Shown here piece after piece: positions 11,841-25,267 of a stretch of 64,000 bases of DNA. Where the stretch lies: assembly GCA_010015585.1 (NCBI GenBank), contig ML975184.1, one strand, 5' to 3'. The notes under the pieces are model-generated. The model saw only the letters and a list, made by a program, of their open reading frames with translations. It made no database searches and had not been told where the DNA came from. The translations under genes and the position numbers were made by a program. The DNA is from Eremomyces bilateralis CBS 781.70. Lineage: Eukaryota. Numbering within the stretch: the first letter of the stretch is position 1; each line of letters opens with the position of its first letter.

Positions 11841-13920
11841 CTAACTTCAGGTGCCATTAGCTATTTGGTGTCCAGCGCGTTCGGCCCCGAGCCGATCCTC
11901 CATTCTCTCCTTGACGAATATGGGATCCCAAGGTCCTCGTTAGGAGCTTTTGGCTCTCCCTTTCTTTGAGTAATTCGCTCTACTGATATTCCTTTGTTTA
12001 AATTTCTAACCCCCTCGCTTCTTATATATCTATTGTAGAGATCGTTGCGCGGAAGTGTATGTAACGGGGTTTTCAAAATCTATTTATAGGAGACTATTGT
12101 CCATGAATTCGAACACACCATTGCTTCATACGTCCTCGAAAGGTGTACTTAGTTGTCTACCCGCCATCGATGTGTGTCAATTTATTTTTCCTAATCAGTT
12201 CCCCAAGACTCACAACAGATGATCCTACTCACCCCAGCCATGCGTATACGTATCTTCGATTTTCGACTCTTTTCAATCGTTCTAAATCAGCTCTAGCGCG
12301 ACAGTTACAATCTGTTAAAGCAGTCATCAGGCTCGCTCCACAACTCCCTACACCCAAATAGAGAACGTAAATTGAGTAAGTGCGGCCGTCCAGCGGCGCT
12401 GCGTAGAGCATTATGAGCCGTCCATCCCCCAATACCAATTAGATAGGTGTCTATCCCTGAACTGGATTGTTCGGGAATCATATCAGCTTCACCCATCATA
12501 TCCTCGGGCGCATTTGACGCAATTGAAACGGCAGAATCCCTATGCCGGTACTCGTTGCTACGAATGACCCTAGTTGAATTCATACCGACTAAAGATCCAT
12601 ATACAATCCCAAGGTGAGTTGAATTTCCGTCATCTGCCACATGCTCGGGGGATAGGCAAGATAGTTCGAATTCAAACGTTCGGGAATATCCATGCTCGGA
12701 CGTAGTGTCAGGGATGGTTAAAGGGGGGCGAGAGGCGAAGTGGCTTCGATTGTCCGGCTCATCATGGCATCCTGAAAGTAAACAGTGGTGCGGATGGCGA
12801 TCCGGCTGGCCAACTACGAGAGTGGGGTTCGTCCTGCATTGCGCATTAACAAAGTGTGACCTAAAACAGCGGAGCGAAAGGGGTTACTGAAGTGTAAAAG
12901 GGTTCCAGGGCTCGTTTTGGGACTGGTCGTTGGTCCATCTCGTAATAGCCATGGAACTCGGCTGTTGGTCATGCCGTTATTCGATGCCATACCGGGTGGG
13001 GAGGAATGTTCAAAAAAGAGGGTGCTCTTGGAGCCAGTTAAGTAAGTTCGGAAGATTCGAGCGGAAGCAGTAGGACATAATACCCCGAGCGGGATTTGGG
13101 AGTGTGCAAATTTCTGATAATGAGCTTTGCCGTCGAGAGTATACGTGAAAAGAAGTATAGGTGAAAAGGAGGCAGAGACGGGATAGACGATGGGAATTTA
13201 AAGGGAAGAATCCAAGCAACATTGCGGCGCGATCCATATCAAGCGCGACGCGTAGAAGGGTGTGCGATGAGTCAAGATATCAGTGTATGACCGAGTCTTG
13301 CCGAAACAACTGGTACGAATTTACCCAACCACCCATTTGCCTTTCCATTGAACCCCCATATGATGTGGACTGGATTTCAGAACGATCCCTTGCTAATGAA
13401 ATGAATGGACATCATCCAACGAAGCGGGCTTCGCTCAGGATTCAGAGATAATGATTTTGATCTTCATGTGCAATCGAGATGTAAACAGCAGACCCAAGAC
13501 GCGTCCAGTTGTCCAGTAAGTGATCAGACAGCAATCGTGGCTTTAAAGAGAGCGAGTAACGGTGAGATGAATAGAAATTCCGGTTAATTGGGCAATCATC
13601 ATTAGTACCTGAAAAACTTGTCTGCATGAACCGGCCCAAACACACAGTATGATCACGGGTAGCCGTGTCCAACAACCAAGCGTTGTCAACAACTGTCGGC
13701 CAAGATCGAATATGGAATCCCTTTCTACACGGAAGTATATCAAAATATTCTGACAATTTTGGGTAGAAGAGACATAGCATTATGAGACTAGAACGAAGGA
13801 CAGTCAAGGGATAGGGGAAAACATGGTAATGGACTCACAAGTCAGCACCTCCTGCCTCCAAGTCAAAGATCTATTCTAGTAATATAGTTAAAGCATTTTT
13901 AACAGCTCAACAAACGTCTG

Positions 13921-14508
13921 CTACTCTACTGTAGACACCGTCCCCCACCTCCCCAACCTCATCTCCTCCTCTGGATACTCTTCCTTCTTCCTCACCATGG
14001 TGACAAGGCCCTCAACTCCGGGGACATGCACTTGCATTCCCAATTCTTTCTCATAAAAAGGAATAGTCCTATATTCCGGTCCACACCGGGTCAATAACAT
14101 AAAACGGCGCAAAAATTTCATCTCTAGCACGACTTCCTTCGTGCTAGCAATAAGCCACTTGCCGAGGCCTCCGTCTTGGTGCTCCGGGAGGATGAACACG
14201 TCAGTAAGATAGGCGAAGGTGACGTAGTCAGTGATGAGGCGGGAGATGCCGATTTGAGTGACGTCGGAAGGTGTATATGCGGTTGGTGAAGTTGATGAGG
14301 AATTGACGAGATGCAGGCCAAGGGTGCAGGAGTTGCGAAGAAGAAGGTCAATTGCATCGAGGTCGATGGGCTTGGCCCAGTACATCTCCTCCATGGCGAA
14401 GACAGAATTGATGAAGGATGGGGAGTGGAGATTGATGTCGGTGGAGATAAGGTATGTCTGATCGTTGATGGTTTTGGTCCATGACTTGATGTCTGGTTTC
14501 GACATCAT
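13921..14508 (-). CDS. GNAT-family N-acetyltransferase
   Basis: YLISTD..MYWAKP..QIGISRLITDYVTFAYLTDVFILPEHQDGGLGKWL (acetyl-CoA motif A), FYEKELG. Single exon. Confidence 0.88.
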   Translation of the reverse strand: MMSKPDIKSWTKTINDQTYLISTDINLHSPSFINSVFAMEEMYWAKPIDLDAIDLLLRNSCTLGLHLVNSSSTSPTAYTPSDVTQIGISRLITDYVTFAYLTDVFILPEHQDGGLGKWLIASTKEVVLEMKFLRRFMLLTRCGPEYRTIPFYEKELGMQVHVPGVEGLVTMVRKKEEYPEEEMRLGRWGTVSTVE

Positions 14509-16790
14509 GGGAATACAGAACGTTTTAGGAGCGCAATTGATTGTATGGAAATGTCTTTTAAACACTATGAAAAGGGATATAGGATGTACTTAAATGAACG
14601 CCGAAGTTTCAGGCACTGGTGAGTCACGACGATCTTCATGCAGCTTGACTCACGCCCTACGCAGGAACTCAGGGGGATGATGTTAATACATAAGCAGGAG
14701 CAAGAATTGCGAGAAAGAATTGCATAGAGCGCGAAGGGCAGCGCTGACAAAACCTGTCTGGAAAGGAAATCAACGCGACAGCATGGCGAATTTGCCGGAG
14801 GTGGGTGCTACATCCTTCAGCGGAGACGACCAATCGTAACGGGAATGAGTCCTGGAACACGCATTATCAAGCAAGTGGACTTAAGTAGACGGATATGCGG
14901 CCTTAATGCTCAATTGAGTCCCGAATTAGTGCTTCATATCCCTCAATTGAACTCCAATTGAAAGGAAGAAAAAAATGAAATAAAGTTGATGACATGACGT
15001 CGAGAAACTTGAAAGTTGAGATGGATCAGAATGAATATGAATGAATTAGTAATGGCAGTGCGGCCTTAAGCCAAGTTCCACAGTTCCAGTTTGACATCTA
15101 AGGCCACAGCACGTGCCGTTGTGACATGAACACGAAATTCCTAGCAAATTTGACGAACAATGCTAATTTCCAAAGTATCCTCATTCAATTGAAGCACAAT
15201 GAAGTTCAAGGAAATAGTCTAGGCGTGACACCGTCCCTTGGTTTGGGATTAGCCACTACCATAGTGAAAGTCTGCCCAGCGTTGAAGGGCATGGACGGTT
15301 AATTAGTGACATCTCGGTTCTGGCATACATATCATAAACGAAGATGTCCATTTATCATCTCCCAGCCATCTGGTGAGCTGCAGCCCTATGAAGATGATTC
15401 CATCCACATACCAGGGGTAGTCTAATCTTTCGGGCTACTGATTGTGTCATAGGAGGAATCAGATGGGGTTGCCTGTTTGGGTCGTCGTCGGGAACCCAAA
15501 GCTATTAATAGGTTATGTACACCCGCAGAGCAATTGTTCAAGTTCGACAACTTCAGCGGCATTTGATTTGCCTGATGACACAGTTCAAAGCAACCCGACT
15601 ACCCAGGACTTGCACAAATGCCTCAGATTCCCTGCGTCCGACATCCCGAAGCAGGCGCGGGAGCTATACAAAATCAGGACTACAACGAAGGGTGGAGTGA
15701 AGGTCGAAATGTATATCGCAGTATGGAGACAGAACGAACCAAGCTGCGACGAAGACGGCCGGGACTCTCAGCCGGAGATAATGTTGCGAGTGGATGTCGA
15801 AGTCGCTGTAAGCGATGGTGGAAGAGGGATGAGTCCTAAAAGATTAGATTAGCTTCATCCAAAGGAACTCTGACCACATCGATGGCTCATGGTACCACAG
15901 AGGGGAGACTCCGTGCTGATCACACCACAGCATACGCCTGGGCAAGCGAACATTGAAGGATCCGGCATGCCATCGAGGTTGGTAAAGGTGCCTGTAGAAC
16001 CAGACACTCTTAAGCCAAGGAGCGGAAGTCAAGGAATTGGCGAGGTGGAGGAGCGGTCCCAAAGGATGATCAGAGTCTACGCCTGAACCTTCCATTGCAT
16101 CGTCACATGAGCCACTGACCTCTACTCCCTCCAGAGAACCCCATTTCTTTCCCACACCTTAAAGAGTTAATGTTGGCGGTTTTGGATAGAAAAGTACGCC
16201 GTCTGTGTCTCTTCTAGCCATTTGGGGGGGATGACAAAAATAATGGTCATGGCTGGGTTCGAACTCATGGAATTTTGCACATACCCATGGGCGGCGACTT
16301 CCAACATGTGCGTTCACAGGAAGAGACAAACCAATGTACGATACTCGGCAATCACTCTACCATCATGCCAAACTTTCTTAGTCTTAATTCAATTAACTAA
16401 CTAACTAGTTAAATGGTAACTAACTAACTATATAAAATTCCACTTAATTCACCTATCCCTACATTCACCTGCTGCCTCGTAACGCTAAAATCAAGCACAG
16501 CCCTGACAAGGAAACTATAGAGGGTCAATCTTTAGAAGGTCTGAACCTGATTCTTCTTGGAAATCTTCCAACATTGGCAGGCACAATGTTCTACAAAGGC
16601 GAGTCAAAAGTCTTTACCTATCAAGTGTCAGGGGTTCAATTTCAGAGCACTGATTTCCACCAGTGTGTGGCTTGTACCCTTAATAATGTGGCGCAGTGAG
16701 AATCAATATTCAGATTGGATAAAGCGACAAGGTCTTGGGACATAGTTAAGCAATGCGTATGAACCTAATTCTCAAATCGCGATCAACCTG

Positions 16791-18551
16791 CTAGAGAGCA
16801 GTTGAGGAGTAGTCCTGTTCTGAACTGGACGAAGACTGCACACTCATCTTCCGCATAGGTTTCCGAGGTGCAACAATATCACTGACAAAAGATAATGGAG
16901 AAACCACTCCAATACGATAGAACGGCCTCCCCATGAAGTTCTTCAGATCGAGGGTGGCTGTCAAAACATTTCCTTTGTTGCCGAAATCGCTGGCAACCCG
17001 CAATTGTGCTTTATGATAGAAGCGGCCACGTTCAAGGTCAGCAAATTCTTCCCGAGTCCGACTCTGCAGGTGATCGATGGTTGCGATCTTCTCTGGGGCC
17101 AGCGATTCCAGTTTCACAAACGCGGATTCGTCATATCTTATTCCAAATATGACCGCCATGGAAGCGTCACTCTCGGAATCCTTGAAAAACACCGCGCCGA
17201 CCTTCTCGATGATACCAGCTCGGTCAAAGTTCATAACTTTGGTGACTGGATTCCAGCTGCTTTCCGGAAAAGCCGTTACGATTTCAAGGTCGGTGCCGAG
17301 GTGTACCTCCACATGTTCGCAAGGAGGGTCCACGTCTTTAGGAGACGTGGGAATGAAGATTCGCCGCTGCGACACCTTCCAGTGGCCAGTGAGTGGTACA
17401 AGCCCGTATGGTGCCACTGGGCCATTTGCGGGTATAAATTCCACCTTTGTTATACCAGACCCTTTCACTGTAACTGGCAACAGAGCCGGCCCTATATTGG
17501 GATCCCTGGCATAGAGGCGTACGGTGTTGCTCTCGTCGTTTGCGGATCTGATGGGACGTAAAGGGATTGCTACGAGGCACTGAAAGTTGCCCTTTTCGTG
17601 ACATTCCAACATGCCCCAGACATTTTCGTTGTCCTCGTCAGCAACCACATTGAGTGTGATTTGGAGACCCATTTCCGTGATGGCAAAGTCCCGATAACGG
17701 AATGGGACTGGCATGAAATTTGCAGAATCTTCAAATTCTTTCGGGTGGAGTGCGAGAGGACCTCTGAGACCAAGTCGGTGGAGCTTTTTCGGAGTCCACG
17801 CGAGCATGGATTGGTCGGGGTATCTCTTGAGGATCTCTTCCTGTAGTCGAATGAATGCTTTCGTTTTCCCTTCTCCGTACAATAGATTCATGTTCACGTC
17901 GAAGATACCCAGGAGACAGTATGCAATATCTTCTGGTCTGGTGGTTTCTCGCTTCGCGGCCCAGGACATTCGCTCCGCCATGCTTGTTCGTCGTAGAGCT
18001 TTTCTGCCTGTCGTGAGGATATATGGATCGATACCGGTGGCGCTGCTGAGAGCTCCGGCTAAATCGCTCCGTTTTCCAAGGCCATTCCATTCTCTTGAGA
18101 AGAACCAGATTTCGGGAGGAGCAATGAGTTCTTGTAAGGTCCACCCCCGAGTGAACCATCGGCTTTTTGCAAAGGCAGACTCTCGCTGCTCTTCATCTTC
18201 GGATTCTGAGCCAACGTCTTCCAAATATGCATAGCAAATCTTGGCTCTTTTGTACCATCGGAACATAGAGTTGATGGCCTCGGACAGTTCAGCACTGCTT
18301 GACTTATCGATGCAGCAGGTATCCATCCATAGATGAGTGAATCCGTTCTTTAAAGCAACGGTGCAAGCAGAATCGAACTTCTTATACCCGCACTTCCTTT
18401 TGGCGTTTTCGAGACCAAGGCTGAGATCCTCAAAGCTGATTTCCTCTGGACCCCATGTGTGGGATAGGATAACATATGGTGGGAAAATCTTCCCTAAATT
18501 TCTCCCTTGAAACTCTTCAAGTTGACGACTTTGCACGTTAATAAGCCTCAT
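16791..18551 (-). CDS. HET-domain (heterokaryon incompatibility, HET-E N-terminal type) protein without NACHT/WD repeats
   Basis: MRLIN, YVILSHTWG, WMDTCCIDKSSSAELSEAINSMFRWY, WFTRGWTLQELIAP, RMSWAAKRETTRPEDIAYCLLGIF..LLYGEG. Intact 586-aa ORF. Confidence 0.93.
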   Translation of the reverse strand: MRLINVQSRQLEEFQGRNLGKIFPPYVILSHTWGPEEISFEDLSLGLENAKRKCGYKKFDSACTVALKNGFTHLWMDTCCIDKSSSAELSEAINSMFRWYKRAKICYAYLEDVGSESEDEEQRESAFAKSRWFTRGWTLQELIAPPEIWFFSREWNGLGKRSDLAGALSSATGIDPYILTTGRKALRRTSMAERMSWAAKRETTRPEDIAYCLLGIFDVNMNLLYGEGKTKAFIRLQEEILKRYPDQSMLAWTPKKLHRLGLRGPLALHPKEFEDSANFMPVPFRYRDFAITEMGLQITLNVVADEDNENVWGMLECHEKGNFQCLVAIPLRPIRSANDESNTVRLYARDPNIGPALLPVTVKGSGITKVEFIPANGPVAPYGLVPLTGHWKVSQRRIFIPTSPKDVDPPCEHVEVHLGTDLEIVTAFPESSWNPVTKVMNFDRAGIIEKVGAVFFKDSESDASMAVIFGIRYDESAFVKLESLAPEKIATIDHLQSRTREEFADLERGRFYHKAQLRVASDFGNKGNVLTATLDLKNFMGRPFYRIGVVSPLSFVSDIVAPRKPMRKMSVQSSSSSEQDYSSTAL

Positions 18552-18879
18552 GATGAACTCATTGCAAAACGACTATCCCTTAAATGACGGTTGTACGGAC
18601 AGTCCAGAATAATAAATACCTTGGAGAGAGTAGCGGTGACAAAAGGGTAGAGCCGCAAGGCTGCACGGATAAGGCTGAGGATTTTGCCAAGCCGAGCATT
18701 CTGAGATCCGATTGAACAACTGACCGCTGCTGGCACCTAAAAAAGTACAGGAAGCCTTGTGCTGATGAATTTGCTGACCTATTAGGAACAACCAGAACGT
18801 GAGGCTTTCCACCGAAAACCGACCATGGACGCTAATAAACATGTAAATAAAAGGTATCATCGCTCAAAAGCAGCCTCGT

Positions 18880-19785
18880 TCAGTCGCCGAATCTGTAGCT
18901 CACAACAGCATCAACCCGATGGTTGCTTGTGCTGAAACTCCGTAATTGAACCTTTTCTCCATTGATGATCTCCTTCGCATCAGAGTCGCCCCACTCAACC
19001 GGGACTTCTGAGTCCGCATCGGCGTACACCAATACGTTGAATGTGCAAGGATTTGTCAACATCGGGAGGAATGTAACCGATGCAGTGATCTGTCGGAATA
19101 GATGTTGGATTTCGGCTTGAATCTCTTGGAGGGTCTTCTCCTGTGATGCGGCGTCCGCTGATGCTGACCTATCATGAATCATTAGCACCTCGGAAGGATG
19201 AAGGGGTTTGCGGGCACGTACTCTGGTGCTGTATTCTCCTTATCCCCTGTTGATGACTTTGCCGCCCGGCTCTTGCTCGATTTGCCGCCACCGAGAATTT
19301 GTACGTCAAACTGCCATCGCTCAACGTGCTCCCCCGTCTCCTTGTCGGTTATCACCACCACCAGCTTGTTGATCTTCCCGCCGACCATCCATTTGTTCAG
19401 CTGCGACATGATCTTCTTAATATAGGCTTTGACTTGGTCGTCGCTGGCTACGAGCATATTGAGGTTGTACTTTTTGACCCTGATGCAAGTCGTTAGCCGG
19501 TTTCTGCGATTGTCTTGACGGTGCACATAACTCACGCCATAAAGTCTTCGGCCGGGTACACTCCACGTTGGTATCTTTCGCTCGTTAATACCTGCTATTA
19601 GCACCGCCAAATTATGACTCACAGTATCGTGTTGATCCCATACTCGAACTGTGCGATTTATTAGAGAGCCTGCTGTGTTGACGGGTAGGATCACATACAA
19701 ACTCCGCGACGATTTTCGAGGACCCTTTGATCGCTAGCTTATGCGTCTTGGACTTTTCCCGTCCTGATGATGATTTTGACGCCAT
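18880..19785 (-). CDS. MAD2: Mitotic spindle checkpoint HORMA protein Mad2, 5 exons
   Basis: Spliced KLAIKGSSKIVAEF|FEYGINTIL|YQRGVYPAEDFMA|VKKYNLNML..GEHVERWQFDV..QITASVTFLP..VQLRSFSTSNHRVD. Four canonical introns. Confidence 0.95.
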
Positions 19786-20371
19786 TTTTGCGACTCTGTT
19801 GGCCTTGCTATGTTGCAGGTTGTCGGTTTTCGAAAAGGTGTGGTCGAAATGAGGTTGATCGCGGACTTGTTTACGAAGCCGTTGGCTAAGCAACCTACTC
19901 ACGATGCGGGTTCCTGGTTGCTGCTTTGCACTCAGTGATACTGAAGATTTGGTTAGCAGTATAGAACTCACATGGTAATTGTCAGATTCAATCGAAATAT
20001 ATTGATGAACCTTTCTGGTATTGTTATCAGCATTGTCGTGACGTTTGGAAGATGATTGATTGTGTGGGGATAATGTCAACGCCTTAGGCTACAAGGCCAA
20101 AATTGCCTATCTTCGCTACGCAACGCGTAGATGATACATGTATGTACAAATGTCATGATGCTTCACGTTGGAGTTCATCATTTATATTCAACTCGGAGAA
20201 TACTGTGGAAAGGAGATTTTGAAAATTCTTGGTTTTTGTCGTAGGTTTTATATATAGATCGCTAGAGTCAGGAAAAAGGAGGATAATTAATTAGGATTTC
20301 AAACGGAGGTGATCCAGTCGCTCCTCCCGGTGGTGGACGCGTCCCGGTCGCGTCGTGATTATCACAATCAG

Positions 20372-20800
20372 AATGGCATCTCTTGGTAGACGATATTCCA
20401 CCCGCCAGAACCAAATGGCAGCAGCCCGGAAGAACTGAGACCAGCCGGTCAGCATCGACGAGTCGAGACCGCAGACTACAGGAAACCGAATAGCGACAAA
20501 GGCACCGAAAGCTCGATGGAAACCCTACTCATCGACCTTACCGCGAAAGTCAATTACCTCACAAGCTCTAATAAGCTTATCAGACAGTCCAACGAGGAGA
20601 TCAAAGCACCTTATGCCGAGCATAAAGTGTTTAATTCCGAACTTAAGCAGACAAACGTTATCCTTTTACGGAAAATCGAAGACTTAACCAAAGCCTGCTC
20701 CGCCATCCCGCTCGTACGCATCCGTTACAGCATCAAGCTAACACCTTCTACCTCCAACAATCGGGTGGGAAAATCTCACCAGCCTTATCCAAAGGCCTAG
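20372..20800 (+). mobile_element. Possible degenerate 5' fragment of a Tad1/CgT1-like LINE ORF1
   Basis: Coiled-coil-like stretch (LIDLTAKVNYLTSSNKLIRQSNEEIK..ELKQTN..KIEDL) followed, after a frameshift, by RSYASVTASS (about 20709-20738), an SYAxV motif common in fungal LINE ORF1. No RT sequence nearby. Confidence 0.3.
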
Positions 20801-21159
20801 GGTGGCACAGTTGACATCTGACAGCAAGTATCGATTTCGATATCTTAGCTCCTTCGCCAACTGCATCTCCGGTTTAGAACGCCTATCTCTATTTAGAGGA
20901 AAATGTGCCTACATGAGTCAGATATTCCCGGCATGTCACCATACAATGTGGATATAACAAAAAGGGGTTGCATGCTTGGTTATATTGCCAGGTTTTTAAT
21001 ATATGCCTTTCTCCATCGAGTACAATAAAGGGACGAACCATTGTGTGCCACTCCCTCTGCTCAGCTCTGCCACGAGCCATCATGTAATTGAGGACAGTTA
21101 GAAACGTATCAGAAACCTATATTTTATGCTCTGCAGCGTCCCCTACCGTCGATATCAGC

Positions 21160-23256
21160 TCACAATCCCGAATCCTCCTTCAACCAAGCTGGATTCCCGC
21201 TGTAGTACCTCTTCCAGTTCGTGCAGGTCTGCTGCCATGCCGGCCCCGGTAGAGTGATCTCACTCTTCCGCTCCAAGAACTGCACGCCGAGTCCTTCGCC
21301 AATATGCCACGCGACATGGCAGTGCATCAACCACGCGCCCGGGTTGTCGGTCGGGAACGCGACCACGACCCATCCGCCTCCTGGGAGGAACGTGACGTCG
21401 CGGCGGTCAGGGTTATTGAACTTGAGGTCGGCGACGTTGACGTTTTTGTCGAAGGTGCCCCGACCGCTGCCGAGGATGTAGAAGTCGTGGCCGTGAAGAT
21501 GCATGGGATGGGGGATGGGGACTCGTGTCCCCGTGCCACCTGTCTCTTGGATGATCCAGTAGGTCCATTGTTGACCGGCGGGGATTTCGATCAGGTTGGA
21601 CACTTGGGGGTAGTTAGTGTTCCCGTCGATCAGGTACTGCAAGGTTGGCTTCTCCCATTGGATGTCAATAGCCGTCATGTTCACAGCCCAGACAACCTAT
21701 CACGTTTTTAGCAGAGATCCGTTTCGCTCTCATAACCGGTGCTTACAATGCTCTCGCCGTTAGTGGTTACCTGCTGCCGACCCAGGTCCACATCCAAGTT
21801 CTGGGCCTGGGAAATGAACGACTCGGAAGGCACGTTGTTCTTGACCCACGGAACCAGCGGAGCTTCGTCGGCGCAGGTGGTCGGCACCGTAAAACCGGTC
21901 GTGGTTGGATCGGCGTTCGGTGCTCCGTCATACTGAAATATGCTCAGCGCAGAGAATCGATTCCCTGATGCACATGGTGCTGCGGCGATAGCGCGGAACC
22001 AGTAGTTCCCAACAGGCTGGTTGGCTTGGATAACAATATCATACCGTTGCCCTACACGGACGCTATTAGAATCATAGGACTAAATCCGGAAGGGAAAGAC
22101 TTACCGATGCCGAGTAATATCCATTCTCTGTCAATTGGCTGAACTGGAATGAAATCTCCGGTGATGATCTTCATTTTATGCCCATCCAGTGACACTCGAA
22201 TGTTATTGTCCACTGATGTGTTCACTAATCTCAAGCGATACTTCTTTCCTGGAGTTAGCTTGACTTTGCTATAGCTCCCACCGTCTGAAGTAGGGTGCTT
22301 GTTCGTGCCGTTGATCAAGATGGTGTCCCCTGGTGGCGGCGGTGCTTGAACCTGTAGGTTTTGGTGGGAAATTGCATTGATTTGAAATGCGGTGGGATAG
22401 TACCAATCCGTGACAGAGTATGTGCCCAGATCGATGTCATAGTTAGCCGCAGCAGGACCATTGATGATGAGGGTGCCGACAGCGCCGTCGCCGTATTGCG
22501 CACTGTGATGGCTGTGATACCATGTTGTACCAAACTGTGTAGCTCTGAACGTATAGACCTTAGTGTCACCCGGTGCAAGAGGGCCTTAGATGGGTTAGAA
22601 AGCGCAAAGGAACATAACTAACGAAAAGAATTCCTACATTCTGTTATGCCATTGACTCCATCTTCTGTGACTGTGTCCAGCATACGGACTCCGTGCCAGT
22701 GGATCGAGGTGCCATTATCAGGCAAGAAATTCTTCACAGTCACGGCAATGGTATCTCCCCAATCTGCTTTTGACATTAATCGATGGCTTAAAACAATAGT
22801 AGTAGTATCCACGCACCTGCGATAATTGTTGGACCGGGAAGCTGGTCGTTGAAGAGCAGACAAGTGCGGTTCCCATTCCCATCCGGATTACAGGTCGTAT
22901 TTCTCAGTTCCAGCGTATACTAGACAATGGTTAGAGAACATAAGCAAACTTTAAAGTCATTGTCTGGATCCACTCACGTATACTGTCTTCCCGGTGTTTG
23001 GCCATTTCTCGTCAAAATCAGTGGCAATACTAAATCCATTGGACCAGCAACTCCTCGTCAATGGCCCATTCTTGCAAGGAGAATCAGGCGCTCTGCTTGT
23101 CGTAGTTGGAGCCGCGCTTGACGTGGTATTAGCTTGCCGACGGACAAAGTTACCGCTTGCTAAACCGCCAGGTCCCCATAATATATGATCATAAGGTAGC
23201 TGAAGGGCAAACGAGGAGGTAAGGAGTGTTGAGACCAAAAGTAATAACGACCGCAT
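21160..23256 (-). CDS. Secreted ascomycete laccase (multicopper oxidase, AA1), 5 introns
   Basis: Signal peptide, copper motifs HWHG, WYHSH, HPMHLHGHDF and HCHVAWH, and a C-terminal DSGL plug. The splice junctions checked keep the frame. Confidence 0.95.
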
Positions 23257-25267
23257 AATGGTAACTTATGAGTTGCAGGGTTTGCTTAATATGAACTAAG
23301 ATAGAGACGGAGAAACGCAGGAGAGGGCTAGTCAAAGCAAATACGACGTCTCCATGGAAGATATGGGAGAATGAAGGAAGATGCTCAAAAGTTGATATAT
23401 TTACTATACCTTGGCGGCCATTGAGTGCTACCCCTTTCGGCATCTCTGCCAATGTTTTCGGTCCTGCTGTCCAGGCTTTGGCATATTCTCATCGGATGAA
23501 GTAGTCGATGTAGAAGCATCAAACCATCAGAAAGAGCGTGGTATGTCTTGGCAGAAAGATTGACAAGTCATTTCCAGGAGACTTGGCTGCCTAACCCCGT
23601 GCTGAATATAATCACCGACTCCCTGCGTCATGCAAAATGGACCATGCATTCCTTGGCCTAGCTCCATAGACGTTGCTGAAATTCGGCCACACTAAAACTT
23701 GCAGATCGATTAGCAATTCGATGCAAGCGATACGCAGGACTCGATAGCGTATGGGGTAGTTCCTGGTCAATCAATACATGTCAGCGTCAAAAGCTGTTTC
23801 TGCAGGACTGCATCTCGACGATGCCTTCATGCGTGTTTTGGCGAAACCGGGGTAACCGAATTCACTGAATCAAGGACGGAGGAAAGTATAAGACGCTTAG
23901 ACGAAATTAGAATAGTTCCAGCAGACTGGAAGAACTGAATGTGAGTATCTCCGGATGAAGTTGAAGATAGCGGAAGTTGCCGTTAGATGTCAGTAAGATA
24001 GCCTCATGCTGGATGTATCGTTGAAGCAAATTATTGGCGGCACAACTGGTTGTGTGACGTGGGAAATATCGCCCAGACTGACAAGATCCAATTTTTTAAG
24101 GAGACTTTTTGCGATTTGGAGCAAATAGCCTTGTCAAGGGGGTCCTGATTCTCGTAATGAAGAAATTGCAGTGGCAGGCAGGTCAAAACTGATTGGTGTG
24201 ATTCTCTGGAAAGGTGGGCCGCAATGAAGACTGAATACTTTGAGTGTTACATCAGAATATCGAAATCCAAGAAGAACGGGAAGCAGATGTCGACCCAAAT
24301 GGTCTGCAACATAGGATAACACGGAGTCGTATCCATAGTACCGGCAAGACTCACTCCTCCCGTGATGTGAGAACCGGACAGGACTGATGTCAGGGACGAT
24401 GGAAGCTGGCCAATCGCCAAGCATTTCCTCCCGTTAAACATACCATGCCGACAAGCCACAACAAGCACAATATTCTCCTAGTGCCCGTCAAGTAAGTAGG
24501 CATGCAGTAGTCCATGGACAGCAGCACAGTTGACAGGAAGAATCACACGATCATTAGGTGACAGAGCATTGTCCAATCGGAATTCGCAACTGTTCCGTAT
24601 ACTTCAATATTCGCCTAGGGCGGTTGAAAAGCACAATGGAAAGTCCCCAATCCAACAGCCGTGGACGATGGAAGTGTGGTGATGGCCAGATCGGCTTCGA
24701 TGCGCTGTCCGGCTTTCAGACAAGGACGCCGAGCCACAGGTATATCGGGTTGTTGAAAGCCTGCTAAGATGCATGCACGGGATCGAATGACACATGGACC
24801 TGTACTGTATACACGGCTTATTAGCCAAGTAGCACGGTGGAGCGACGATTTGGGGAGAATGTACATGTAGGCTTGTAGCTTGAGTCGGCCCCCCGAGCTG
24901 GTTGCCGATCTTGCCCCCCATATCATTGATATTTAATGTTCCGTTTAGCTTCGGGACCAGGGTGCCTGCATGATGCCTCTAGCCGGAATTGGAGGAGTGG
25001 CCTGCGTAGAAAGCGAGTGGCATTATGCTCAGGATGGTAGACCGTATATCCAAATATAGCACAGTCTTGCTATCGGAGAGAACGGGGTGTTTACGAAACT
25101 GTACCTCCTTGAGCAGTAAGAACTATTACGAAGTAAATACTTCGTCCAGCCTGTAGATTCAAGAATCTGGTCGTATCCAAGTCCAAACACAGCATTTCCC
25201 AGCCAGGTAACAACCAAGCATCACCATCTCGGATATCAAAACACCCCTCACGCCTCCAACTCGTCTT

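Noticed and set aside
12305..13080. Minus-strand open frame of about 190 codons with a possible upstream intron
   Set aside because: No recognisable domain or confident start; too weak to call.
15380..16155. Overlapping short ORFs downstream of an intron-like sequence
   Set aside because: No frame gives a recognisable protein.
16380..16450. (TAAC)n AT-rich patch as a telomeric or LINE-tail relic
   Set aside because: Not TTAGGG-type and no adjoining element; treated as low complexity.
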